A DNA stretch of 64,000 nt, taken from the NCBI GenBank assembly GCA_051530055.1, contig CM121341.1:16222784-16286783 (forward strand), read 5' to 3'. The stretch is from Neoechinorhynchus agilis (Eukaryota; Animalia; Acanthocephala). The notes below the pieces were generated by a model, which saw only the letters and a program-made list of their open reading frames with translations, ran no database searches and was not told the DNA's origin. This document shows, piece by piece, positions 1-11,560 of this stretch (position 1 is the stretch's first letter; the number at the start of each line of letters is the position of its first letter). The position numbers and the translations under genes were made by a program.

Positions 1-2
1 GC

Positions 3-320
3 TACGGTAAACTCACATTCAAGTATCAACGAGATACCAATTATCGAATTCTTGATAGTGTTGAGAAATCTATGGAGAAGCATCTAGGAACCGATGTTGA
101 AATAAAACCAACTGATGAGTTCCTGCACAATATGTCTGGAGCAGGGGAAGTTGACATCGTGAATTCCGGCCTTGAATACTCAATGGAAAAGGCTGCGTTG
201 TCAATTGAAGCAGCAGCGAAGGAATTCAATTTGGGAACTGATTTCAGAACGGCTGCTTACGTTAGTTCACTGGAGAAGATCTTCAATGTTTATGTGCACA
301 GTGGTTTGACTTTTGGCTGA
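3..320 (+). CDS. GLUD1: Glutamate dehydrogenase, C-terminal part (gene begins before the window)
   Basis: The frame from nt 3 reads YGKLTFKYQRDTNYRILDSVEKS...SGAGEVDIVNSGLEYSMEK...LGTDFRTAAYVSSLEKIFNVY..SGLTFG, matching the animal GDH C-terminus. AATAAA at about 369. Confidence 0.93.
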   Translation, partial: YGKLTFKYQRDTNYRILDSVEKSMEKHLGTDVEIKPTDEFLHNMSGAGEVDIVNSGLEYSMEKAALSIEAAAKEFNLGTDFRTAAYVSSLEKIFNVYVHSGLTFG

Positions 321-1139
321 GCCTGAAGAAAGATTTCCGTACTTATAACTGACTTATAAGTTTTAAACAATAAATACTTTACATCAAAGGTTCAGAGAGA
401 ATATTCCAGAAGTATACATCTTTCTTAAACTGCAGTTAGGCATGATTTCGCGGACTGTGACTTGTGTTTGATTACAGAAAAACATATTGAATACCTGACT
501 TTAAAGGGAACAAAAATACGAGTATGCTGCAGCTTCATAGTCTCAATCTTTTAAATGCATAATTGAACGTTTTGTCCGTTCAAAACATTAATTCTTTCAA
601 AGACCAAATGAATATGATTTTAAGGTCGAAATCACTGGACGGTAGAAAAGTTACGATGAACAAACCCGATAACAGTTGGTAACTCTTGAGGTAACCACAC
701 TTTCAAATATCAGAGAAAATCTTTGAAATGGCTGTAACTCGTCAGATCTATGGAGTTACTCACCAAACGAGAATTTAATCTTTTTGCTTTAAGCAAAAAA
801 TAAATTTTTCAAGTAAAAACCGTTGTGATCATTTAAAGTTCAACGAAACTGCTAAAAGTGAACTAGTAGTATACTTTTAATACTCCTAAAAAATTTAGAT
901 TTACTTCTGGAACAAAAGTGCCCAGCGTATTCTGTCAAGGCTCCTAACCGAAAAATTAAAGTCTACTTTGCGAGTTTAATTTGGCACTAGTAGGGTGCTA
1001 TTTTGTAATTTGTTTGAATTCTTACAACCAACGATTGCCTTGTTTTGTATTTATAGGTCTCATGGGTACCGACCGTAGCCACCTACACAATCGTTTCCTG
1101 ATTTTTTATCGGTTTATTTCGATAAGGTCGCTATTCGTC

Positions 1140-2824
1140 TCAATTAAAAGAAATGCTTCCAAATAATGCATTGACATTCTTCAACTTATCTTCGACATCT
1201 CCCAACTCCTATAAATCACTGTTAGAAGCGAATACAACAGAACCAGTCTAACTTTCTCAACATTGATTCCTTTATCATAGCTCGCAGGTATAATTCTGAT
1301 GAAATCGGCAAAAGCCTTAATGCGTTCCTTTAGAAATGTATATTCCTGCATTACTTCATCGTACTGACTCGTCGGAATAGTATCGTCACTTTAAAAAATC
1401 ATATTCAAAGTCGTGATCACGTTGTAGTCGAACAAACTTTTTCATTGATTGAATCATTTTTATGTGCTGTTCCCTTATATCGATGTGGCGCTCACGTTCA
1501 GCAAGATCCAGTTCCCACTTTGAAATACGATTTTCAATCTAACGGAAAAAACCGTCGAAAATTATGCGGTGAATCATAGAATACTAACCTTTTTGCTTTC
1601 CGTGAGCAGCGCTTCATTTCTCACTCTCAAATATTTGCAATCACTCATGAGGCGTTCATTCTCCGTTTCAATCTTTGCGTTTAATTCTCGTTCATGCAGC
1701 AGTTGGGCTCGTAAATCGTCAACTAGGCAATTTTTTTCTATGGATATCTTAGCGCTTGACTGCAATTTGAACATTTTATTTTCAAGATTCATGCATTTGT
1801 GCCTTCAAAACGTTTAGAAGTGGGGATTAGACAACTATAGTTGAGTGCTGCGTTTTATTGCATTATTCAAGGAAGCAAATAATAAAGAGTCTAATTGGCA
1901 ATGCTTAGGTGCTAGTTAGAATCTCGGCAAATCGAACTTTTTCGTGACATGAGCACGTACCGTTCTTAAGAAAAATTAGTTTTCATTTAGCTTTGCTATA
2001 AAATCTCCTTAAAACGACTTATATTATGCAGAATTCAGCCAATGACTTCTTGTACTAGAAGTATTTATAGAATTTCCATGCAGATACCTTAATTCCTCAT
2101 TGCTCAGGTTTAATTCTTTCACCCTTTCTCGTGCCAATTCAACTTCCCCTCTCAAATTAGAATCTCTGAGAGCAAACATCTTTTCAGCCGATGCCAACTC
2201 ATCATTTAATCTCTTTATAGTGCCACTTGAATTATCCCTAAAGAAAAGGTAAAAACACCGCTGGACCACAATCAACCTAAAATTCATACATTTCAGCTTT
2301 TAAGTCGGCCAGAGATTTTTCTCCAGACTCCAATCCTATACATTTCTCTATTTCAATCAGCCTGCCTTCGGCAGTATTTAATTTAAATTTCAAATCGGAC
2401 ATCCGCTTCTCCATTTCATATTTCATTCTCTCATTTTCTGAAACGTTCTACAGCATATCGGCTGAAAATGAAATATCTCACTTGCAATGCACTGTTCGAG
2501 ATCTTCCTTATCTTTCATTAAATCATTAAATCGATCTTCATTTTCCTTTCTTGCGTTTTCCACACTTGATCGATTTTGCTCTTCACAATGCTGGAGCGCT
2601 GTTTCATGGTCTCTTTTGAGTTTTGATATTTGATGGCGGAGCACCATTATCTCCGTATCTTTTCCAAGAAGTTGCCTCTTCAACATATCATGATCACTTT
2701 TTATTTCATTTTTTTCAGCCTTAAAAAATTACCTGATACGAAGACTTAATATTTTACGCAAAAAAACCTTTAGATTGTCATATTTCTCTTCTAAATTCCC
2801 GATTAGACTTCGCGAATTGTTCAT
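1140..2824 (-). CDS. Multi-exon coiled-coil protein of unknown identity (start uncertain)
   Basis: E/K/L/R-rich heptad-like ORF pieces at 2423-2686, 2024-2231, 1574-1792 and about 1140-1370, separated by short GT-AG-like gaps; stop TGA at 1140-1142. Confidence 0.5.
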
Positions 2825-3225
2825 CCCCACTGTCTGAAACACTTCAAACGAGATATCAAAGTTTTTTGATTATGAGCGAAGAAAACGAGCAGGGATTTAA
2901 CCATTTAAGCTTATCTTCAAAGGACAACTTTAGGGAATTACAACATGATGATTTGAAGATGTCCTTCAGATGATATTTTAAACACGAAAGCGATAGATGC
3001 AGATCGAACTCAAGAGTTCTAAATTATTGACCGCATTTTTACAACCACAATTTACAGTTTGGAAAAACAGAAAAAACTCAATGGTTTGTAACTCATTTAA
3101 TCATGATCCTTAGACTTCTAGTCCCTCCAAAACTAGAATCTTCTTCTTTTGCCTATCGCTATCACCTTTCTAAATCAGCATGAATTGTTTCACCCAAGCC
3201 GAACGTAAGGAGATAAGAAACAAAA

Positions 3226-5997
3226 TCATAAATCATACCCATACAAACTGGCTACAGAATCTTTGACACTTACTCCCAATTGAACGATTTCATCAGCGTA
3301 TTTTCTCGGTTGTTGATACGGACTTCGAATAAGCATACGTCGGATTAAATCGAAACAATTGTTACGATCTGCATTTTTGAGCAAAACTCCTGCGAGATAC
3401 ATCGAATGAAAATTAGCGGCCTTTTGACCAACTGCTTCGTCAGTAAAAAGTTCATATAGCTGACATGGAAAATAATCCTTTGGAATCTGTGGAAGAGCGT
3501 GAAAGGATGTCCACATGCTATTTGCAACATCAATGCAATCTTTCTTTTTAGAATGAAGAGTTATTCCGTAACTAGCCAAATAGAGATCGTCAAGTGCGCC
3601 AAAAGAGGATAAGTGATTATGGTGCTTAAAGAGTCTTTGAGCATGTTGAAGACTTATCTTGTTTGAGCTCAATTCAGCCAAATTTTTAGGAAGACTTAGG
3701 AAATATTTAAAGAAGTATGGTACAATTCGGACGAGCTGGAATTCCATATCAGCTGGACCAAAGAGTTTGTTTGTTCTCGTAGCTCGGCAACATACCGATT
3801 GCATTAATCGTCCAAACTGAAAACCAATTTGGCGTATTTGACTAAATGTGAGACCAATATAAGGCAACGTTTCCGTTCGATCGGTTCCTAGTTTGAAGTA
3901 CACAATGGGTGCTGGTCTTAGTCCGGACGAGATTGGATCAATTACCATTGATCGGCAATTGTAGGCGTAAGTTTCATTATCCATCCAACTATGTGAAATT
4001 GGATCGACAACCAAGAAAGATTTATTTTCACCAATAGTAATGAGATAAATCTTTGTGTATTTGTTTAACAGCTTATCCAAATGATCACTTGTACAGTCTT
4101 TGAATACCATGCCATGAATAATTTTACTTGTGATGTTTAACATATTTTCAATTGTAAAAATTTCATTTTTAAAGGTACAGTAGTATTCTTTAGAAGATCT
4201 CCGGATTTTTGATCGGTAAGCTCGAAAGGTAGTTCCGAGTCAATTAGATTCTGGGTTTAGAAACTATCGCCGAACGAAGTAAAAAATTATGCATGCGTTA
4301 ATGCTTTACAATTTAGACTAAAAATAAAGTAACTAAATAAACTAGCGCTATTGAAATTGACGCATCAATTAGAAATAAATAGTAATGGATAGATCAGTCA
4401 ATAAAAATCCTACAAAAATTTTTATACTCGAAGAATTCGAAATGAGATATAAGATGTAATCTTTAAATTATGTAATTTTTACTTTATAACCTCAACAGGA
4501 TCGAATTTGTCTCTTAAGCGGTCGACCGAACCGTAAACAGAATTTGCTTGTAAACGTCGATAAAATCGAAAATCATAAGGTTGAACAGTTCCTTTTAGAT
4601 TGTCAGCTTCGGTTGCGAATTTATTTATAGCTTCGAACTCCTTAACATTTATTGGTCGAAAGCAGCTTCGAGCTTCCTCCATGAGATCGACTATTTTAGA
4701 AACGGGAGAAATGAGAGTTGGTTCCAAAGATAGCTCGGCATAACTGTCATAGCCAAGGCGACTAGAAATATCTTGCCTCAAAGCAACTATATTGTTTTTG
4801 CAAGTTTCTTAAAAACGATTGCGCTTACACTATAAGAAACGATAAATTATCTTGATATCGACGTCTGCCCTATGTTCAAGAATTGGTTATTCTATCGTTA
4901 TTATTAGTTTGAATTTCGACTTGATGTGAACTGCAAAGAGGTATCTACAAAAGCATAGCAAAAACGACTTAACAAAACTAATAATTAATCATGCCGAGGA
5001 ACGATGACTTTTAAACAATAAAAACATCAATTTGAAATTTGAATCTAGGAAACCAGTAGGACACCCATTAGCTTTCGTCAATTTTAAGAAACCTTGCACT
5101 GGCGTGAATTCGATTGTTTAATTCAAGGTGACCTTGAAGGAGAGACGCTCTTCCTCTATATTCGCTATAATACTCTTTCCTGATTTTCCGATCAGAACAA
5201 TATTCCAGCACAGGAAGAAGACTGTCATTGAAAGTTAATGTATTTGGTGCAGCAACACCCAATTCCACTTCCGGAACATGCTTTAACCGATCGCGGAGGT
5301 GAGGGGGCAACGATTCGAGCCGGTCACCGGTAAATAAACTGTAAGCGCTGGTGCATTTGGCTAACTTAGTTAGAAAAGTAGCTTGCTCTTTTTCCAGTTG
5401 ATAAATATGAGATTGGAATCGGTCGATCGTTTCTTTAAGTCCGTATCCTTTACGGAAAAATTGAATGGCATAAAGGTCAGCAAGCCTTTTCTCTTCATCA
5501 TTTGAAGTTTTTGACGCCCTAGCAAGACTGTACAGTAGCATCGGATTTTGCACTTCCATTCCAAAGTGATTGATGGTGTTCAAGTACACAAGAAAATGAC
5601 GACCTCCACGGACACGAGCGAACATTTTCGCAGTTTCGCGAGCATTTTGAATTATTGATGCCCACCGATCAATTGAGCCGAAGACTTGATCGAATGTTGC
5701 TTCAGGTTTTGAACAAAGTGTATTGTTGAGTTCGTTGACGAACAATTCAAATTGTCTGCTGATACTACACAAAGCATTGTGCATTTGATACGAGCTCATC
5801 GTTTTAAGATTAGGGAAGTCCCCAAGGGCTTCACGAGAGTTGATGATAAAATCCATAAAGTGGTTTTTTTCGTTTGGACGAAGGGCTGGAATGTCGGGCA
5901 TCAATATTGTGTAACCATGATCGAAAGCGGTTGTTGCCCTTGAACGGTGAATGTGAGTAGTCAAAGTGGAAAACCTGCGGAGATTTAAACTTCGCAT
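3226..5997 (-). CDS. Peptidase M3A (oligopeptidase A-like) protein, 3 exons, probable mitochondrial presequence, zinc motif degenerate
   Basis: Exon 1 (5997-5093) contains VLEYCSDRKIRKEYY..YRGRAS. A GT-AG intron at 5092-4777 joins in frame to RQDISSRLGYDSYAELS. ORF 3226-4143 aligns by eye to the M3A C-terminal half (LTFSQIRQIGFQFGRLMQ; LYLASYGITLH; FPCQLYELF). The exon 2/3 junction is unresolved. Confidence 0.78.
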
Positions 5998-6644
5998 CTA
6001 TGTTTGGAGATATGGTATTTTAGAACGGTTTGTGATGTATTATCCAATCATCAAATGAACCAAAAATGACCTCTGTTACTATGATCACTAAGCTCACAAA
6101 TAAGTTGCGTTTCTGCTCGTTCAACCAACAACTATAAGGAAATAATCGATTTAAGAGCGCCATCTAAGAGCGAAACCCAGTTAATAAGTTTTTGAAATTC
6201 TGGACGGGCGGAATCTAACCCGATAAGTGTTCAAAGCGCATTCAATAATTGTTAAATGCCAGATTCAATCACTGAGGGTCGCAAAAACGTGAAGCTATAA
6301 AATTGACGGGTCGGTGAACTTGGTATATTTTCTGGAAGAAATTTCGTTCATTATGCTTCCTAACCGTCATTTGACTCGTTTAACTGAATCGATTAGATCC
6401 GAGTCTAATTACCTTCGGTATTTCTTTTATCGGGAACCAGTTCGGAAAAAATCATTTCATTGCTAAAGATTAAAGCGCTTAAAAGCTCGACAATGGAAAT
6501 CATAATTGGGCATCGTTTCGGTTACATAACTTTTTAGACCGCGAACTCCAGAATTACCGGAATGTAAATATTTTAACGGCGCACCTAGAAATAGTAATTT
6601 TAATAGTCCCAGATTTGCTTCGAAAACTTTCGTCCTATTCAAAG

Positions 6645-7116
6645 ATGAAGGAAGCCGATATATTACTCCAACGGACGGATCCAGTGCAAAGAGCGTACGC
6701 CAGAATTGTATTTCGCGATTTAATTTATGGTAGAATTCATCGTTCATCAAAAGACCATTAATTGAACCTTAGCAGATAAACGATGGTCCGATGTAAATGT
6801 CGCAGTTTATGATCAAAGCGTTCATTTGATTGGACGCGAACCGAGCACAAAAATTCGCCGCGTAATTCCAGTTGCTCAGAACAACACTTTTAATTTTAAG
6901 CAACTCTGTAAATTCGTGGAAAGCGACGGATTCGATCAGGATCAATGGTAAATGTAAACTCCGGTCATCACATTTCTTATCCTTTAGTACAGCGGAGTTT
7001 TATTGGCGATTGTGGACAGTGGATCGTGTTCTGTGGTGTATTGCGAGATAAGTGGATTCGATTCTTCAATGGTTACTGAATCAGTCAGCAGTGGACGGCT
7101 TAAACCTGAAAAATAA
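6645..7116 (+). CDS. TSEN15: tRNA-splicing endonuclease subunit Sen15-like, spliced (5' end may extend upstream)
   Basis: Spliced reading AYARIVFRDLIY / DKRWSDVNVA..HLIGRE..RVIPVAQ / LLAIVDSGSCSVVYCEISGF matches the Sen15 pattern (VYLDL..K.W.EV; LVG; VVP; LAIV.SDST.VYY). Intron 6948-6991 is GTAAAT...TACAG. Not shown in the ORF track. Confidence 0.7.
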
Positions 7117-7490
7117 GGACGATTAAACTATGATTCGTAGCACGACACACGGCGGTTTTTATTTGTAAAAACGCGGGCAATCGATAAAAAATTTGTTGTT
7201 TACAAAAGGGATTAGTCGAGTGGAAGTCTGCTTGAGCGACCCGTCGACCACACGTTAGCTGTGGATTCTCCGTCGCGGGAAGGTCTGAGCAAGGGCGATT
7301 AAAAAGGTAGTTAGTCATCCCCAGAAGGGTTGTCCGCGCGAGCGGAGGCGGTCCACCAGAAATAATTTGGATGTTGAGAAGGACCGTTGCCTGATTCCGA
7401 TGCAGTGTGATTGGCAGATTTCAGCAATAATGCGCTGATAAACTCAATTCAGACTACTCTTCACTCGACATAAATCCCTTTTTTCTCGAA
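6948..7490 (+). repeat. Direct repeat, copy 1 (TSEN15 last intron, last exon and 3' flank)
   Basis: Near-identical to 10642-11185 by direct reading. Confidence 0.9.
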
Positions 7491-7519
7491 TCTCGTTCAA
7501 CTCTTTAATTCCAGATTCT

Positions 7520-8260
7520 ATTTACCTGGTGAACCGAACTCGATTGGCGGCAGTCTCTACAAGAAAATCGAGGGTTTGGTTCAATGCTATCCCAATCGAT
7601 TCTGTGGATACCCGTCTTTCCGACGAGGCAGTAAGGATTGTTAAGAAATTATTCGTTATATTTTCAATTTCAATTAGCGATGTTTGATTCAGTAAGGATT
7701 GCAGTGTCCCTGAGAGTTGGGGTACCGATGTGCACATCCCATCGCTGCCGTTGCGGAGCTACCGTGGAACAATCGATACGCCATTGTCTCGTCTGTCGGC
7801 AATTAAGCGGAAGCTACTCACAACACGCCGAAGTAAACGCAATTTTTAGCCGTGCCCTGAATACTGTGAATGCGCTCAACATCCTAGAGCCGAGCAATCT
7901 TTGCCGACTCGATGGTCGTAGACCCGCAGCAAGCAACATAAAATTCGCCACTATTAAACCAGGGGGAGCATCAACTGCCGCTGAGAAACTCAAAAAGATT
8001 AAATACAGGGACCTGAGTCGAAATCATTATTTTGTTCCTTTTGGCGTCGAGACACTTGGGTCGCTTAGTACCGCGGCGCAGGACCTGCCTGATCAAGCAA
8101 TTGTCTAAGAGATTGAGACGAATCACTGACGATCAGAGGGCAGGAGCATTCCTCCTACAAAACATTAGTCTGGCTGTGCAACGAGGGAATGCTGCATCCG
8201 TCTTTTCGACCGTTACACCAGGATGGCAGCTGAGTGATCCAGAGCGGTGGTGGGAATAAT
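7520..8260 (+). mobile_element. CRE-clade non-LTR retrotransposon 3' fragment, internally deleted
   Basis: RIAVSLRVGVPMCTSHRCRCG..HCLVC..HAEVN (CCHC knuckle), LEPSNLCRLDGRRP, FVPFGVETLG, LLQNISLAVQRGNAAS; same motifs as 56230-59110. Confidence 0.88.
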
Positions 8261-8289
8261 TTCATGTCTAAAATATTATATAAATAATA

Positions 8290-8593
8290 TCATGTTTTTT
8301 TCTTTTTACGTCTACGACAATTTAATTTTTTCCTATGCAGTAACAATGTAAACACTTCAAACCTATTTACTTCGATTACAAGACGGTATAATTTATGATA
8401 CTTACCCGAAATGTCTGGCGCTAAATGCACGATTAGAATGATGTCTTTTATAGGAACTAAGACGTGCAATGTGATCTTTTACGTTGTCTAATGTCTTTCA
8501 TTATTATGCGAAAACGTGCTCCACCTTGCGCTGAAAAGTTCTCTTAGCTACAGGATTTGTCCGAATATTTCTTAAGCGTGCTCCCAAATCGAT
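8290..8593 (-). CDS. Possible 3' exons of a small basic protein (upstream exons unresolved)
   Basis: Removing two GT-AG segments gives IDLGARLRNIRTNPVAKRTFQRK-TLDNVKDHIARLSSYKRHHSNRAFSARHFG-KKLNCRRRKKKKT*. No family recognised. Confidence 0.3.
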
Positions 8594-8769
8594 CTGTTAG
8601 AAAAACAGCACAAGCAACGCATATAATTTGCATTCGCGTTTGGAAAAATGCTACGATGAAATCAGCAATCGACATCGAGAACAAGTCGCGTTCTTAAATT
8701 TGCTCCCCTTTAAAAATTTGAATAGTTTGAATTTATATTTGCAAGCACTTCGTCTAAATGCACATTTTT

Positions 8770-10060
8770 ATAAATAAAGTTTTGTTTTTATTTCTATAAA
8801 GCGCTTATCCCAGGCAGGTAAACGAGATGATTTTAAACGCTGAGGTGGGGTTCTGAGTTCGCGAGGAGGGAGTTTAGATGCGGATGGGTAGGCGTCGATA
8901 TTTGTGAACACTTTGTTGAGGTGAGCGTCAAGGCGAGCTGGAAAGTCAAAAAGTTGACGCAACTCGCAGAAGGGTAAAAGAGGGCGAATTTGTGGAGTTT
9001 ATGAGCTCTACCATGAACTCCAGTTGACGCAATGAGGACTCAGAACGAGAGGTATTAGGGCGGTACACGCCAGCAACTGTAAATTTTTTAGACCATTTTT
9101 TAGAGCAGCTGAGAAGTAGACTGCAATGAAATCTAAATCGGGGTTTTGCAGAGAACTATGAGAGATAAACAGTATGGTAGCGATTGCCGTAAGTAAATTA
9201 AGACCCCCCTCCTGGACGGTCCTCGCGGTATGTATGGAAGGAAGAGTACCTGGGAAGGATGGCTAAATCGCTGTTGAAGGGGTTATGCCACGTTTCTGGT
9301 AAGATGACTACGTCGGCTTTTCAGTAGATGAAATGAGAAAAATTTCATCTAGTTTAGGAAGAAAGCTAGTGATAATTATTTACTTGATTTGGGAAAAAGA
9401 GAGTGCGTTATGTGGATGGGCTGGGAGATTGACCATTATGGTTTTTCGGGGGCCGGTGGAGTTGCACGTAGTCAAAGAAGGTGGGAAGTCGCCTACTCTT
9501 CGATTATTGGGATGTGGAAGATGTTCTAGGATTCTCGTTAAAAGTGAAAGGCTATATTGGGAAGATGAGGTCTGAATTGAATTTGGAGGGGAAGTGAAAA
9601 GATTTTGTGATGAGTTCTTATGTGAATAGATACGAACTGAAAGTTGTGAAGTGGGGAGTCTGTGTCTCCTGTCAAGAAAGTGGGAAGCTACGAGTGGTGA
9701 AATGGAAGTTACTTTGAGGAGACGTGGTCTCGGGTTAAAGGGATTTTTGGAGGGAATGCGCATAACAGTTGATGGGGAAGCAATAGTAGAGTGAATATCG
9801 GGGGAAAAGGCATTGAGAGATACGAAGAATTTAGTGGCGGTGATGTGCATCAGCGGCGAAAGGATCTGTAACAGGGGCTTCCGGTATACCAGTAATAAAA
9901 GTGATGCGATTTATACCCTTTAGGAAGGTGTGCATGGCACGATGGATCGAATTCGGAGCGGCGAGGGATGATAGGCAGGAGGTGAAGGCGTATCATTACA
10001 GAAATGAATCGGAGGGTTGATTGATTGTGATGGTACTGAGGTCAACCTCATGTCCTTATA
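8770..10060 (-). mobile_element. CR1/L2-group LINE 5' fragment: ORF1 remnant plus APE endonuclease, RT absent
   Basis: ORF1-like GIPEAP..., RPRLLKVT; APE motifs DVVILPETW, YREDRPGGG, VAGVYRP, LDAHLNKVFTNI, with frameshifts. Confidence 0.75.
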
Positions 10061-10641
10061 GTTATTTGTTCCTCCTTTTGCTCTAGCCACTACTTGTTCA
10101 GATGCTTCTTCGACCCTTTGTTCAATCGTAGTTTTATAGTAGTTACTCGAAGTGAATCGCTCTCGCTTTTCCTTTCGCTATCTTTTATATAAGTCTTAAT
10201 AAGATACTCTTCCCAAATAATCGTCGAAGTATTCGCAGTTTTTTTTAACATCACTAGTTTCCAACAAATATTCCTTTGAGTTTAACATACTGATGGCATT
10301 TACCCAATACGCATTCTCCTTCGTGACCGCTCCTCAAGCAGATTTCTGTAAACTTTCAGCTTGTTTCTTAGCATTCCCCTTTGGAAGCTTTGTCATCTGC
10401 TTTGAACTGTTAGATTTTTCCTTTGCATTTTTTGACTTGGACCAACTGCTCACTTCTGAGAGCTTCCTTTTTGCACTGAATAGTCTCCGTTGATACAACC
10501 TTAACTGTGCTCACCACTTCAATTTAATGAACCCTTTAGAGTATCAGTAACTCGTTCAAAGCACTGCTTTAGTGCAATATCGATAGGAGTAGAATACTTA
10601 GCCAAGTCCCATACGGCGAGAGAGTCCGATCGGCTTCAGTT

Positions 10642-11185
10642 GTAAATGTAAACTCCGGTCATCACATTTCTTATCTTTTAGTACAGGTGATTTTTGTTGG
10701 CGATTGTGGACAGGTCACAGTGTTCTGTGGTGTATTGCGAGCTAAGTGGATTCGATTCTTCAATGGTTACTGAATAAGTCAACAGTCAACGGCTGAAACC
10801 TGAAAAATAAATGCGATAAAACTATGATTCGTAGCACGACACACGGCGGTTTTTATTTGTAAAAACGCGGGCAATCGATAAAGAATTTGTTGTTTACAAA
10901 AGGGATTAGTCGAGTGGAAGTCTGCCTGAGCGACCCTTCGACCACACGTTCGCTGTGGATTCTCCGTCGCGGGAAGGTCTGAGCAAGGGCGATTAAAAAG
11001 GTAGTTAGTCATCCCCAGAAGGGTTGTCCGCGCGAGCGGAGGCGGTCCACCAGAAATAATTTGGATGTTGAGAAGGACCGTTGCCTGATTCCGACGCAGT
11101 GTGATTGGCAGATTTCAGCACTAATGCGCTGATAAACTCAATTCAGACTACTCTTCACTCGACATAAATCCCTTTTTTCCTCGAG
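10642..11185 (+). pseudogene. Direct repeat, copy 2: orphan duplicate of the TSEN15 3' end
   Basis: Copy of 6948-7490 with substitutions and small indels in the exon part; upstream TSEN15 exons are absent. Confidence 0.8.
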
Positions 11186-11239
11186 CTGTTTGATTTTTTT
11201 ATTTTGGTTGGCGCTTTAAAGGCCAATTAGGAGTCGACG

Positions 11240-11457
11240 AAGGGTTGTCCGCGCGAGCGGAGGCGGTCCACCAGAAATAATTTGGATGTTGAGAAGAACC
11301 GTTGCCTTATTCCGATGCAGTGTGATTGGCAGATTTCAGCACTAATGCGCTGATAAACTCAATTCAGACTACTCTTCACTCGACATAAATCCCTTTTTTC
11401 CTCGAGCTGTTTGATTTTTTTATTTTGATTGGCGCTTTAAAGGCCAATTAGGAGTCC
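11240..11457 (+). repeat. Tandem re-duplication of about 220 bp (copy of about 11019-11235)
   Basis: GAAGGGTTGTCCGCGCGAGCGGAGG...GGCCAATTAGGAGTC occurs twice head-to-tail. Confidence 0.88.
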
Positions 11458-11464
11458 ATATTAA

Positions 11465-11560
11465 TCGTCGGGGCAATGCTGCCAGCGTGATGGCGACGGT
11501 CGAGGAAGGACAAAAGCTGGAATTTGGTGGGAGGTGGTGAATGTAAAGAAAAGTAACCAA
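11465..11560 (+). mobile_element. CRE-clade extreme 3' tail fragment
   Basis: Reads RGNAASVMATVEEGQKLE, the terminal motif of the other CRE copies. Confidence 0.6.

Noticed and set aside
112-125. CTGATGAG hammerhead-like core in the GDH exon
   Set aside because: No complementary stem II partner followed by GAAA; explained by codons.
6463-6750. 95-aa minus-strand ORF from the track
   Set aside because: Antisense to the TSEN15-like exons; no recognisable motifs.
7631-7692. 49-bp insert as a newly gained GT-AG intron
   Set aside because: Splicing GTAAGG...TTCAG removes one base too many and does not restore the frame.
10200-10560. Cys/Lys-rich minus-strand frame (C.RSGHEGEC.LGKC)
   Set aside because: Several stops and no family recognised; probably TE debris.
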